From contig CAWGGO010000009.1 of the NCBI GenBank assembly GCA_963822205.1, forward strand, positions 40,314 through 104,313: 64,000 nt of DNA. The letters are read 5' to 3'. The DNA comes from an uncultured Gaiellaceae bacterium. GTDB lineage: Bacteria; Actinomycetota; Thermoleophilia; Gaiellales; Gaiellaceae. This document shows, piece after piece, positions 38,097 through 48,600 of the stretch. Made by a program: the position numbers and the translations under genes. Within the stretch, counting starts at the first letter, position 1, and each line of letters opens with the position of its first letter. The notes below the pieces were generated by a model. The model had not been told where the DNA came from. It did no database searches and saw nothing but the letters and a program-made list of their open reading frames with translations.

Positions 38097-39125
38097 CCGA
38101 GCGGGACGAGCCGGCGTCGCCGTCGCCTTGAACGAGGCAACGACGCCCTCGCCCTCGGCAAGCGCCAAGCGCTCGGCCGACGCCGCCGTCACCTCTGCCG
38201 TGAGCGGGCCGACACGCACGCGGACGCGGTTGCCGAGCGCGACGAGCGAGCGCACCTCACCGCGCACGTGATTGACCGCGGAGTCCGCCGACTCGGTCCG
38301 CGCCAGCGCCACCTCCCAGGGATAGACGGCGAGACCGACTCTTCCCTCCGCCTGATCGGTCGAGAAGGCGCTGCCGCCGGCGTCGAGCACGACCTCGGTC
38401 AGGCCATCCGGGCCCGGTCGGGCGACCCCGTGCAGGAGGTTCGCACCCGTGAAGCTCGCCACGAACCCGTCCGCCGGCGCCGCGAGCAACTCGGCCGCCG
38501 CGCCCAGCTGGAGGATCCGTCCCTCGACGATCACGCCCACCCGGTCGGCGAGCGCGGCCGCGTCCTCGAAGTCGTGCGTGACGAGGAGCGTCGGCAGCCG
38601 CAGCTCGGCGAGGAGCTCGGCGAGCTCGCCGCGAACGACCCCGCGCGTGTGGGCGTCGAGCGCCGAGAGCGGCTCGTCGAGCAACAGCACCGCCGGGTCG
38701 CGCGCGAGCGCCCGCGCCAGCGCGACCCGCTGGCGCTCGCCGCCGGAGAGGTCGCCGGGACGGGCGCCGGCGAGGTGCGAGATCCGGAAGCGCTCGAGCA
38801 GCTCGTCCACTCGCGCGCGGCCGCCGAAGGCGACGTTGCGGCGGACGTCGAGATGCGGGAAGAGCGCGTACTCCTGGAAGACGAGCCCGACGGACCGCCG
38901 CTCGGGCGGCAGATCGACGCCGGCGTCGCTGTCGAACCAGGCGGCCGCTCCAAGCGTGACCTTCCCCTGCTCCGGCCGTAACAGCCCTGCGATCGCGCGC
39001 AGCACACTCGACTTCCCCGCTCCCGACGGTCCCACGAGCGCGAGCGTCTCCCGCCCGAGCTCGAGCTCTAGCGAGAGGGGGAAGGAGCGAAGAGGGTGGT
39101 CGAGGTGGACATCGAGCGTGTCCAC
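38093..39125 (-). CDS. modC: Molybdate ABC transporter ATPase with C-terminal TOBE/Mop domain
   Basis: Motifs are GPSGAGKSS, LSGGERQRVALARAL and LLLDEPLSALD. The TOBE-like part reads NHVRGEVRSLVALGNRVRVRV. Removing one base near 38112 gives ..FKATATRLVPLG* ending at the CTAG shared with the upstream gene's stop. Confidence 0.8.
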
Positions 39126-39893
39126 GAAGGCACCAGTTTGACGGCGAGGAGCACGGCGGCGCTGACGACGACGAGCTCGGCGCCGATCGCGAGCGCGACG
39201 TCGAAGCTGACGTCGAACTGCTCGTAGACGGCGAGCGAGAGCGTCTGCGTGACGCCCTGGAGCGAGCCGGCGAACATGATCGTCGCGCCGAACTCTCCGA
39301 TCCCGCGAGCGAAGGCGAGCGCCCACCCGCCGCCGAGGCCGCCGGCCGCGAGCGGCAGGGCGACGCGGAAGAAGGTCCGCGCCGGGCCCGCGCCGAGCGT
39401 CCGGGCGGCACCGGTCAACGAGGCGTCGACGGCCTCGAAAGCTGAGATGCGCGGCGCGGAGGTAGAACGGGCTCGCGACGAACATCACCGCCATGACGAC
39501 GGCGACCTGGGTGAACGCGATCTCGAGCCCGAGGAACTCGATCGCGCCGCCGAGGAGACCGATCGAGCTGAACGCGGCGAGCAGGCCGATGCCGGCGACC
39601 GCGGGCGGCAGCACGAGCGGCAGCTCGACCGCGGTGACGAGCAGCGCGCGCGCACGGAACGAGCGCGATGCGATCACGTACGCCGCCGGCGTCCCGAAGA
39701 GGAGGATGAGCGCGTTCGCGACCAGGGTCGTCTTCGCAGTGACGACGAGCGCGTCGACCGCAGCGGGACTCGTCATCCCGTCGAGCAGGCGGCCCAGCGG
39801 GATCTGGAGGAAGATCGCGAGGATCGGCAGGAGGAGAAAGGAGAGGGCGACCGCGGTCGCAATCGCGAAAGCGGCCCCGAAAAGGCTCCTCAC
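39068..39893 (-). CDS. modB: Molybdate ABC transporter permease (frame switch near 39440; 3' end uncertain)
   Basis: The start reads MRSLFGAAFAIATAVALSFLLLPILAIF... The EAA-loop region (DASLTGAARTLGAGPARTFFRVALPLAAGG..GEFGATIMFAG) lies in the frame of ORF 39068..39418. Confidence 0.75.
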
Positions 39894-40622
39894 GGGAGCC
39901 CGAAGCCCGCCTGCTTCAGCTCGCGCCGCCCGTCCTCGCCGAGCAGGTCGGCGATGAGCTCGAGCGCCCCGGCGCGGTTCTTCGTGTCCTTTACGACCGC
40001 GATCTCGTACCGAACCGTCGGCTGCGAGCGCGCCGGCAGCGGAATCGCGATCAGCCGCGACGAAGCCGCGCGGACGTCGGTTGCGTAGACGAAGCCTGCA
40101 TCGGCCTGGCCGAACGCCAGCTTCCCGACGATGCCCTTCACGTCGGGCTCCTGGCTGACCGCCTTACGCAGCACTCTCAGCAGCCCCAGGCGCTTCAGCA
40201 CCTCACGGGTGTACAGACCGATCGGCACCTTGGCTCCTGCAACGACCAGCTTCAAGTTCGGCCGCTTCGCGAGGTCCTGCACGGTGCGGATCTTCGCCGG
40301 GTTGGAGCGCGGCACGGCAAGCACCAGCGAGTTCGTCGCGAACAGCCGTGGCTTCTCGACGAGGCCTGCGCGGAAGAGCTCCTGGGTGTAGACCGGGCTC
40401 GCCGAGGCAAAGACGTCGGCGGGAGCACCGTTACGGATCTGGAACGCCAGCTGGTTCGAGCCCGCGAACTGGAAGCGGGCCGTCGGCGAGATGCGCGGGA
40501 ACACGCTCGTGAGCGACGCCGCCGCATAGACCGTCACCGGGTCGTCCGAGCTCGCCGTCGTCCAGCCGCCGCTGACCGCCGCGAGCGCTGATGGCCACGA
40601 GCAGGACAACTGTTCGCCTCAT
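39890..40622 (-). CDS. modA: Molybdate-binding periplasmic protein
   Basis: The signal peptide MRRTVVLLVAISA lies in the frame of ORF 40431..40622. The body reads VTVYAAASLTSVF..GAPADVFASAS..ADAGFVYATDV, with a switch near 40580. Confidence 0.8.
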
Positions 40623-40996
40623 CGCTCCACCATCACCGAGGTCGACTTGACGACGCCCGCGGCGCTCATCCCCGCCTTCAGCCCGAGCTCGTCCACCGAC
40701 TCGCGCGTGACGATCGCGACCACGCGCGACGGTTCCGTGACGTCGATCTCGATCCGTGCGATCAGGCCGTCCAGCTCGACCGAGCGGATGATCCCGCGGA
40801 AGCGATTGCGTGCCGAGAGCGTCTCCTCACCGACGCGTCCGCGGAGCCGCTCCACCTCTGCAGCGGCGACGACACGACGGTTGGCGGAGTCGCGCTCGAC
40901 CCGGATCTTGCCGTCGCGGTCCCAGCGGCGCAGCGTGTCGACGCTGATCCCGAGCGCTCGGGCAGCCGCCGCGGCGGAAAGCGTTTGCCTAGGCAT
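40619..40996 (-). CDS. MerR/excisionase-type HTH + TOBE (Mop) domain regulator (molybdate-responsive, ModE-like function inferred)
   Basis: The ORF is intact at 125 aa. The HTH part reads AAAARALGISVDTLRRWDRDGKI. The TOBE-like part reads SARNRFRGIIRSVELDGLIARIEIDV..AGVVKSTSVMV. An ATGA overlap joins it to modA. Confidence 0.75.
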   Translation of the reverse strand: MPRQTLSAAAAARALGISVDTLRRWDRDGKIRVERDSANRRVVAAAEVERLRGRVGEETLSARNRFRGIIRSVELDGLIARIEIDVTEPSRVVAIVTRESVDELGLKAGMSAAGVVKSTSVMVER

Positions 40997-41003
40997 TGCC
41001 TAG
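40989..41003. promoter_or_regulatory. 15-nt perfect palindrome CTAGGCA-T-TGCCTAG overlapping the start codon of the MerR-TOBE regulator
   Basis: Read directly from the sequence. The ATG (complement of 40994..40996) lies at its centre, and the upstream modA-paralogue stop is at 41009..41007. Confidence 0.25.
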
Positions 41004-41006
41004 ATA

Positions 41007-41714
41007 CTAACGCTGGGGCTGGAATCCGGCAATCTGAAGCGCCGTCTCGCCCTCCGCGCCGAGGAGTCTGTCGAGATACCGCTCCGCGGCGTCGGATCCG
41101 GGCGAGACGATCGCAGCGTAGTACGGGATCTTCGGCTGGAAGTGCTCGGAGATCGGAAAGGCGCGGACGTCGTCGCCTGTCGCGTCGAAATCGGTGGCGT
41201 AGACGATTCCGGCATCGGCCTCGCCGCGAGCGACCTTGTCGACGATGGCCTTCGCGTCCTGCTCGAGGCCGACGACGTTCTCGAGAGCCGCCCCGAGCCC
41301 CGCCAGCTCGAGCGACTCGCGTGCGTGATCGCCGACCGGCACTCCGTCCGCCCCCAGGACGAGCTTCACGCCCTTCCGCGTCAGGTCGACGATGTGCGTG
41401 ACGTTGGCCGTGTTCTTCGCCGGCACGACGATCACGAGGCTGTTCGATGCGAACGCGATGGGCTCCTCGACGGTGCCGTCGGCGCGGAGCTCGTCGAGCG
41501 GCGCCTTGCTCGCCGACAGGAAGACGTCCGCCTCCGCTCCGTCACGGATCTTCGCGGCGAGCTCGTCCGAGCCGCCGGCGACAACGTCGGCGGCCGGGTC
41601 GACCTCCTCCGCGACGCCGCTCAGCGGCGAGGCCGCGAAGACGACGAGCGGCTTGTCCTCGCCGCCGCACCCGGCGAGCGCGATCACGGTTGCGAGCAGG
41701 GCGAGGCGCCTCAT
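41007..41714 (-). CDS. Second ModA-like molybdate/tungstate-binding lipoprotein
   Basis: The ORF is intact. The lipobox reads MRRLALLATVIALAGC. The body reads VVFAASPL..GAEADVFLSAS..ADAGIVYATDF. Confidence 0.8.
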   Translation of the reverse strand: MRRLALLATVIALAGCGGEDKPLVVFAASPLSGVAEEVDPAADVVAGGSDELAAKIRDGAEADVFLSASKAPLDELRADGTVEEPIAFASNSLVIVVPAKNTANVTHIVDLTRKGVKLVLGADGVPVGDHARESLELAGLGAALENVVGLEQDAKAIVDKVARGEADAGIVYATDFDATGDDVRAFPISEHFQPKIPYYAAIVSPGSDAAERYLDRLLGAEGETALQIAGFQPQR

Positions 41715-41761
41715 GACTCGACCATAACGCGTTGGCAATTCACGCTTCGTAAGCTGCTTCG

Positions 41762-42608
41762 ATGGAGGTTGCAAAGCTCTCCGATCCGGCGGAGTTCCTC
41801 GAGCGCGCGGGGCCACTGCTGCTCGCGGACGAAGCCCGGCACAACCTGATCCTCGGCCTGGCAGGAACGCTGCGCGACCAGCCTGCTCGCTACTCGCAAT
41901 TCGAGCTCTGGCTCGTCGAGGAGGGCGGCACGGTCGTCGGCGCGGCGCTCCGGACCCTCCCTTTCCGGCTCGTTCTGGCGCAGCCGGCGACCACCGCCGC
42001 GCTGCCGGCGCTCGCAGGCGTGCTCGAGAACCTCCCCGGAGTCGTCGGCGGCGTGCCCGAGGCACGCGACTTCGCGGACGCCTGGACGGCGAAGACCGGC
42101 GCGGTAGCGCAGGTGGATTCGGAACAGGGGGTCTACGCCCTCGACCGCCTCGAGCCGGCGCGCCCTGCGGCCGGCGCTCACCGTCGCGGCCGGTGAGCGC
42201 GACCGGGAGCTCCTGCTCCACTGGCTGCAAGCCTTCTCGACCGAGGCGCTCGGCGAGGACGCGGACGACGCGGACCTGCAACGGATGATCGACCTCCGGG
42301 TCACGGGCGACGCCGACTATGGCTTCGTGCTCTGGGAGGACGAGGGCCGGCCGGTTTCCGTGACGGGGTTCGGCAGCCCCACACCGACCGGGATCCGCAT
42401 CGGGCCGGTCTACACTCCGCCCGAGCTACGGGGCCGCGGCTACGCGAGTGCTCTCGTCGCGGAGGTGTCGCAGGCGCAGCTCGACGCGGGCCGGCGCTTC
42501 TGCTTCCTCTACACGAATCTCGCCAACCCGACGTCGAACAAGATCTACGTCGACCTCGGATACAAGCGGGTCTGCGACTCGCTCCAGCTGTCCTTCCACT
42601 CCGCCTAG
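41762..42608 (+). CDS. GNAT-family N-acetyltransferase (frame switch near 42170)
   Basis: The C-terminal acetyl-CoA-binding region is [45 protein letters not shown]. The N-terminal half is ORF 41762..42196. Confidence 0.6.
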
Positions 42609-44170
42609 AGCGGGATGTTCCCGTGCTTTCGCTTCGGCTTCGGCTCGCGCTTCGTCAGCGAGACCTCGAGCGCCGAGATCAGCACCGGCCGCGTGCGGCG
42701 CGGCTCGATCACCTCGTCGACGTAGCCGCGCTCGGCAGCGTGGTAGGGGTTCGCGAACCGTTCCTTGTAGTCGGCGATCAGCTCGGCACGGCGCGCCTCC
42801 GGGTCGGCTGCCTCCTCGAGCTCCTTGCGGAAGATGATGTTGACGGCGCCCTCCGGCCCCATCACGGCGACCTCGGCGGTCGGCCAGGCGACGTTGAAGT
42901 CGGCGCGGATGTGCTTCGAGCTCATGACGTCGTACGCCCCGCCGTACGCCTTGCGGGTGATCACCGTCAGCTTCGGCACCGTCGCCTCGGCGTACGCGTA
43001 CAGGAGCTTCGCGCCGTGGCGGATGATCCCGCCCCACTCCTGCTCGGTGCCGGGCAGGAAGCCCGGGACGTCGACGAAGGTGACGAGCGGGATGTTGAAG
43101 GCGTCGCACGTGCGGACGAACCGTGCCGCCTTGACGGACGCGTCGATGTCGAGCACTCCGGCGAGCGCGGCCGGCTGGTTGCCGACGATCCCGACGGAGT
43201 GACCACCCAGCCGGGCGAAGCCGCAGACGACGTTCCCCGCCCAGTGGGGCTGCACCTCGAGGAACTCGGCGTCGTCGACGACCTTCGCGATCACCTGCTT
43301 CATGTCGTACGGCTTCGTCGCCTCGTCCGGGACGAACGAGTCCAGCTCCGCCGCCTCACGATCGATCGGATCGGAGGGGGCGGCGTACGGCGCTCGCTCG
43401 AGGTTGTTCTGCGGCAGGAAGGAGAGCAGGTAGCGCGCGTCCTCGAGGCACGCTTCCTCATCGGCCGCGGTGAAGTGCGCCACCCCGGATTTCGACGCGT
43501 GCGTCGTCGCGCCGCCGAGCTCCTCGAACGAGACCTCCTCGCCGGTGACCGTCTTCACGACGTCGGGGCCGGTGATGAACATGTACGACGAGCCCTCGGC
43601 CATCAGCACGAAGTCGGTGATCGCCGGCGAGTAGACGGCGCCGCCGGCGCAAGGGCCGAGCACGAGCGAGAGCTGCGGCACGACGCCCGAGGCCTGGACG
43701 TTCCGCCAGAAGATCTCCGCGTAGCCGGCGAGCGAGACGACGCCCTCCTGGATCCGCGCGCCGCCGGAGTCGTTGATCCCGATCACGGGGCAGCCGTACT
43801 TGACGGCCATGTCCATCACCTTGCAGATCTTCTCGGCGAAGACCTCCGAGAGCGAGCCGCCGAAGACGGTGAAGTCCTGGGAGAAGACGAAGACCTTGCG
43901 GCCGAAGATCTCGCCGTAGCCGGTGACGACGGCGTCGCCGTACGGCCGGTTCGCCATCGAGTCGAAGTCGGGATTGCGGTGCCGGACGTAGCGGTCGAGC
44001 TCGACGAACGAGCCCGGGTCGAGCAGCTTCTCGACCCGCTCGCGCGCGAGCAGCTTCCCCCGCTCCCGTTGCCGCGCGACCGCCTTCTCGTTGCCGGCGT
44101 GCGCGGCCTGCTCGGACAGCTCCTGGAGCCAGGCGAGCTTGGCGGCGGTCGTGTCGTGGATCTCTGCCAT
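42605..44170 (-). CDS. pccB: Acyl-CoA (propionyl-CoA) carboxylase beta subunit, carboxyltransferase
   Basis: This is an intact 521-aa ORF with typical carboxyltransferase N- and C-domains: [26 protein letters not shown] and GGAYDVM. Confidence 0.93.
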   Translation of the reverse strand: MAEIHDTTAAKLAWLQELSEQAAHAGNEKAVARQRERGKLLARERVEKLLDPGSFVELDRYVRHRNPDFDSMANRPYGDAVVTGYGEIFGRKVFVFSQDFTVFGGSLSEVFAEKICKVMDMAVKYGCPVIGINDSGGARIQEGVVSLAGYAEIFWRNVQASGVVPQLSLVLGPCAGGAVYSPAITDFVLMAEGSSYMFITGPDVVKTVTGEEVSFEELGGATTHASKSGVAHFTAADEEACLEDARYLLSFLPQNNLERAPYAAPSDPIDREAAELDSFVPDEATKPYDMKQVIAKVVDDAEFLEVQPHWAGNVVCGFARLGGHSVGIVGNQPAALAGVLDIDASVKAARFVRTCDAFNIPLVTFVDVPGFLPGTEQEWGGIIRHGAKLLYAYAEATVPKLTVITRKAYGGAYDVMSSKHIRADFNVAWPTAEVAVMGPEGAVNIIFRKELEEAADPEARRAELIADYKERFANPYHAAERGYVDEVIEPRRTRPVLISALEVSLTKREPKPKRKHGNIPL

Positions 44171-44198
44171 CGGCGGTCAGCCTAATACCATCCCGTCG

Positions 44199-44564
44199 AT
44201 GGACGCCGCCGACCGGCTGCCCGGCCTCTTGCTCCGCGTGGAGGGCGCCGCCGTGCTGGCGGGCTCGCTCGCGCTCTACTTCGACCAGGGCTTCGGCTGG
44301 CTCCTGCTCGTGGTGCTCGCCCTCGCACCGGACCTGGCGATGATCGGCTACGCGGCCGGGCAGCGAGTGGGCGCGATCGCCTACGACATCGCCCACACGG
44401 AGGCGCTGCCGATTGCGCTCGGCGTCGGCGGCGTGCTGGCGTCGGAGTCCCTCCCGGTGCAGCTGGCCCTGATCTGGCTCGTCCACATCGGCGCAGACCG
44501 CATGATCGGCTACGGGCTGAAGTACCCGACCGCGTTCAAGGAAACGCACCTGCAGCGGGTCTGA
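44199..44564 (+). CDS. DUF4260-like small integral membrane protein
   Basis: The sequence is MDAADRLPGLLLRVEGAAVLAGSLALYF..DLAMIGY..YDIAHT..HIGADRMIGYGLKYPTAFKETHL, with four hydrophobic segments. Confidence 0.55.
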   Translation: MDAADRLPGLLLRVEGAAVLAGSLALYFDQGFGWLLLVVLALAPDLAMIGYAAGQRVGAIAYDIAHTEALPIALGVGGVLASESLPVQLALIWLVHIGADRMIGYGLKYPTAFKETHLQRV

Positions 44565-45529
44565 TGGAGCAGCCGCTCGATCGCTCGACGACCTGGCCGT
44601 ACATCGACGGTGAGCCGGGGCCGTTCTACTACGCGCGGAACGCGCATCCGGCGGGGGTCGAGGCGGAGCGTCAGCTCGGGCAGCTCGACGGCGGCGAAGC
44701 GCTGCTCTTCGCCTCGGGGATGGGCGCGACGACCGCAATCGTGCTCGGACTGCTCTCGCCCGGCTCGACGGTCGCGCTGGCGCAGGACGCGTACTACGGC
44801 ACGGGCGTCCTGCTCACCGAGCTCGAGCGCTGGGGGCTCCGGCACGTGCTCTACGACCAGACCGGCCCGCCGCCGGCCGGCGCGGACCTCGTCTGGATCG
44901 AGGCGCCGTCGAATCCGCTCCTGACGATGCCCGACTTCGAAGCCGCCACGGCTCATCCGGGCCTCGTCGTCTGCGACGCGACCGCGGCGACCCCGGTTCA
45001 CCTCCGCCCGCTCGAGCGCGGCTGCGATCTCGTCCTGCACTCCGCGACGAAATACCTCGCCGGCCACCACGACGTGCTGCTCGGCGCGGTGGTGGCGAAG
45101 CGGCCCGAGCACGCGGCCCGCCTGCTCGAGCTGCGCACCCGCACCGGGATCGTCGCCGCTCCGGATGCGGCCTGGCTGCTGCTGCGCGGCCTGAAGACGC
45201 TCGAAATCCGGGTGACCCGCCAGACGGAGACGGCGGCGAAGCTTGCCGACCGCCTCGGCGCGCACGAGGCCGTGCAGGTCGTGCGCTATCCCGGCTTCGG
45301 CGGCCTGCTCTCCTTCGACGTGGCCGACGGCGAGCTCGCACGGCGGGTCGAGACCTCGACGAAGCTGATCGTCAACGCCACGAGCCTCGGCGGGGTCACC
45401 TCCACGATCGAGACGCGGCACCGGTGGGAAGGCGACCGCGTCCCGGCAGGGCTGCTCCGGCTCGCCGTCGGCCTCGAGCCCGCCGACGACCTCTGGCACG
45501 ACCTGGAGCAAGCGCTCGAAAATCCGTAA
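44564..45529 (+). CDS. Cys/Met-metabolism PLP-dependent enzyme (cystathionine gamma-synthase/lyase family), short form
   Basis: The PLP-lysine motif is HSATKYLAGHHD. Other segments are FASGMGA and GGVTSTIE. The start has a TGATG overlap with the upstream gene. Confidence 0.8.
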   Translation: MEQPLDRSTTWPYIDGEPGPFYYARNAHPAGVEAERQLGQLDGGEALLFASGMGATTAIVLGLLSPGSTVALAQDAYYGTGVLLTELERWGLRHVLYDQTGPPPAGADLVWIEAPSNPLLTMPDFEAATAHPGLVVCDATAATPVHLRPLERGCDLVLHSATKYLAGHHDVLLGAVVAKRPEHAARLLELRTRTGIVAAPDAAWLLLRGLKTLEIRVTRQTETAAKLADRLGAHEAVQVVRYPGFGGLLSFDVADGELARRVETSTKLIVNATSLGGVTSTIETRHRWEGDRVPAGLLRLAVGLEPADDLWHDLEQALENP

Positions 45530-45649
45530 CCACCACGCGTTTCACGCCAGGCAGGCCGTTAAACATCGCCCACGAATGGGCATAGAACGCGCCGAGGAGC
45601 AGAGGAGCTCCTCGCTGTCCCCCGCTGAAGACAAGAAAAGGAGCTCCCT

Positions 45650-48600
45650 GTGCCCCCAGTGCCGACTTCCCGCGAGCGCGCGAAGGCCAACCGGAAGGCC
45701 ACAGCGCGCACGCGTTCCGGGAACGGATCGTCTCCGTTGACCGAGGCCCAGCTCGAACGGCTGCTCACCGCGCTCGAGGCCGCGAGGGACGGCGATTTCA
45801 GCGTGCGGCTGCGCGCGGAAGGCGCGATGACAGAGGTCGCGGCCGCATTCAACGCGCTCGTCGAGCGGAACCAACTGGTGACGCGCGAGCTGATTCGGGT
45901 CGGCCGGGTCGTCGGTCGTGAGGGGCGCATCAACCAGAGGGCCAACGTCGCGGGCGCGCCGGGCTCGTGGTCGGAGAAGATCGGTGCCGTCAACGAGCTG
46001 ATCGACAACCTCGCGCGGCCGACGATCGAGGTTGCGCGCGTGATCGACGCAGTCGCCGACGGCGACCTGACGCAGCGGATCCAGCTCGAGATCGACGGCC
46101 AGCCGGTCCGAGGCGAGTTCCGCCGGATCGGCACGACCGTGAACGGGATGGTCGACCAGCTCTCGAGCTTCGCCGCCGAAGTGACGCGCGTCGCCCGCGA
46201 GGTCGGCACGGAGGGCAAGCTCGGCGGCCAGGCGCGCGTCAAGGGTGTCTCGGGAACCTGGAAGGACCTGACCGACTCCGTCAACCAGATGGCCTCCAAC
46301 CTGACTGGGCAGGTGCGGAACATCGCCGACGTGACGACGGCGGTCGCGAACGGCGACCTCTCGAAGAAGGTGACCGTCGACGTCAAGGGCGAAGTGCTCG
46401 AGCTGAAGAACACCGTCAACACGATGGTCGACCAGCTCTCGTCGTTTGCCGACGAGGTGACGCGCGTCGCGCGCGAGGTCGGCACGGACGGCAAGCTCGG
46501 CGGCCAGGCGCAGGTCAAGGGCGTCTCGGGCGTGTGGAAGGACCTGACCGAAACGTGAACACGCTGGCCGGCAACCTGACCTCGCAGGTGCGCAACATCG
46601 CGCTCGTGACGACGGCGGTTGCAAACGGAGACCTGTCGAAGAAGATCACCGTCGACGTCAAGGGCGAGGTGCTCGAGCTCAAGGACACGATCAACACGAT
46701 GGTCGACCAGCTGCGGTCGTTCTCGGCCGAGGTGACGCGCGTCGCGAAGGAGGTCGGCACCGAAGGGAAGCTCGGTGGCCAGGCGCAGGTCGAGGGCGTC
46801 TCCGGCACGTGGCGGGGTCTGACCGAGAACGTGAACACGCTCGCGAACAACCTGACCGACCAGGTGCGCAACATCGCCGAGGTGACGACCGCCGTCGCCG
46901 AGGGCGACCTCTCGAAGAAGATCACCGTCGACGCCCGTGGCGAGGTGCTCGAGCTCAAGTCGACGATCAACACGATGGTCGACCAGCTCTCCAGCTTCGC
47001 CGCCGAGGTCACCCGCGTCGCCAGGGAGGTCGGCACCGAAGGCAAGCTCGGCGGCCAGGCGCAGGTCGAGGACGTCTCCGGCGTGTGGCGCGGCCTGACC
47101 GAGAACGTGAACCTGATGGCCGACAACCTGACCGCACAGGTGCGCTCGATCGCCGAGGTGACGACCGCGGTCGCCCGGGGCGACCTGACGCAGAAGATCA
47201 CGATCGAGACGAAGGGCGAGATCGCCCAGCTCGCGTCGACGATCAACACGATGGTCGACCAGCTCTCCAGCTTCGCCGCCGAGGTGACCCGCGTCGCCAA
47301 GGAGGTCGGCACCGACGGCATCCTCGGCGGGCAGGCCCAGGTCGAGGGCGTCCTCGGGACGTGGCGCGGGCTGACCGACAACGTCAACCTGCTCGCGAAC
47401 AACCTCACCGGGCAGGTGCGCGCGATCGCGGACGTGACGACCGCGGTCGCGAAGGGCGACCTCTCGCAGAAGATCACCGTCGACGCCAAAGGCGAGATCG
47501 CGGAGCTGAAGGGGACGATCAACACGATGGTCGACCAGCTCTCCGCGTTCGCCGGCGAGGTGACCCGGGTCGCCCGCCAGGTCGGCACAGAGGGCAAGCT
47601 GGGCGTCGAGGCCGAGGTCGAGGACGTCTCCGGCGTCTGGCGCGACCTGACGCAGAACGTGAACACGATGGCGAGCTCGCTCACCGAGCAGGTGCGGAAC
47701 ATCGCCGCCGTGACGACTGCGGTCGCGAACGGCGACCTCTCGAAGAAGATCACCGTCGACGCCAAGGGCGAGATCTTCGAGCTCAAGGACACGATCAACA
47801 CGATGGTCGACCAGCTGCGCGCGTTCGCCTCAGAGGTGACACGCGTCGCCCGCGAGGTCGGCACGGAGGGCCGCCTCGGCGGTCAGGCCACGGTCGAGGG
47901 CGTGTCGGGCACCTGGAAGGACCTCACCGACAGCGTCAACTTCATGGTCTACATCCTCACCGAGCAGGTGCGGAACATCGCGACCGTGACGACCGCGGTC
48001 GCGAACGGCGACCTCTCCAAGAAGGTGACCGTGGACGTCAAGGGAGAGGTGCTCGAGCTCAAGGACACGATCAACACGATGGTCGACCAGCTCTCGGCGT
48101 TCGCAGCCGAGGTCACGCGCGTCGCCCGCGAAGTCGGCACCGACGGGATGCTGGGCGGCCAGGCCGAGGTGGCCGGAGTCTCCGGCACCTGGAAGGACCT
48201 GACCGAGAACGTCAACCTGCTCGCCGAACAACCTCACCGACCAGGTACGCGCGATCGCGGACGTGACGACGGCGGTCGCGAAGGGCGACCTCTCGCAGAA
48301 GATCAGCGTCGCGGCGAAGGGAGAGGTGGCGCAGCTCGCAGGGACGATCAACACGATGGTCGACCAGCTCTCGACGTTCGCCGCCGAGGTGACACGCGTC
48401 GCCCAGGAAGTCGGCGCCGAGGGCAAGCTCGGCGTCCAGGCTCAGGTCGAGGGCGTCTCGGGCGTCTGGAAGGGGCTGACCGACAACGTCAACCAGCTCG
48501 CCGAGACACTGACGACGCAGCTCCGCGCGATCGCGGACGTGTCGACCGCCGTGACGCAGGGAGACCTGACGCGTTCGATCACCGTCGAGGCGGCGGGCGA

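Noticed and set aside
36261-39893. A 1210-aa ORF on the minus strand that spans the GGDEF/HD-GYP gene in antisense and the modC/modB genes
   Set aside because: Only its first ~600 codons correspond to real proteins (modB, then modC joined through indels). The remainder is Arg/Asp/Glu/Pro-rich low-complexity translation antisense to a well-supported intact gene. This is a typical high-GC open-frame artefact.
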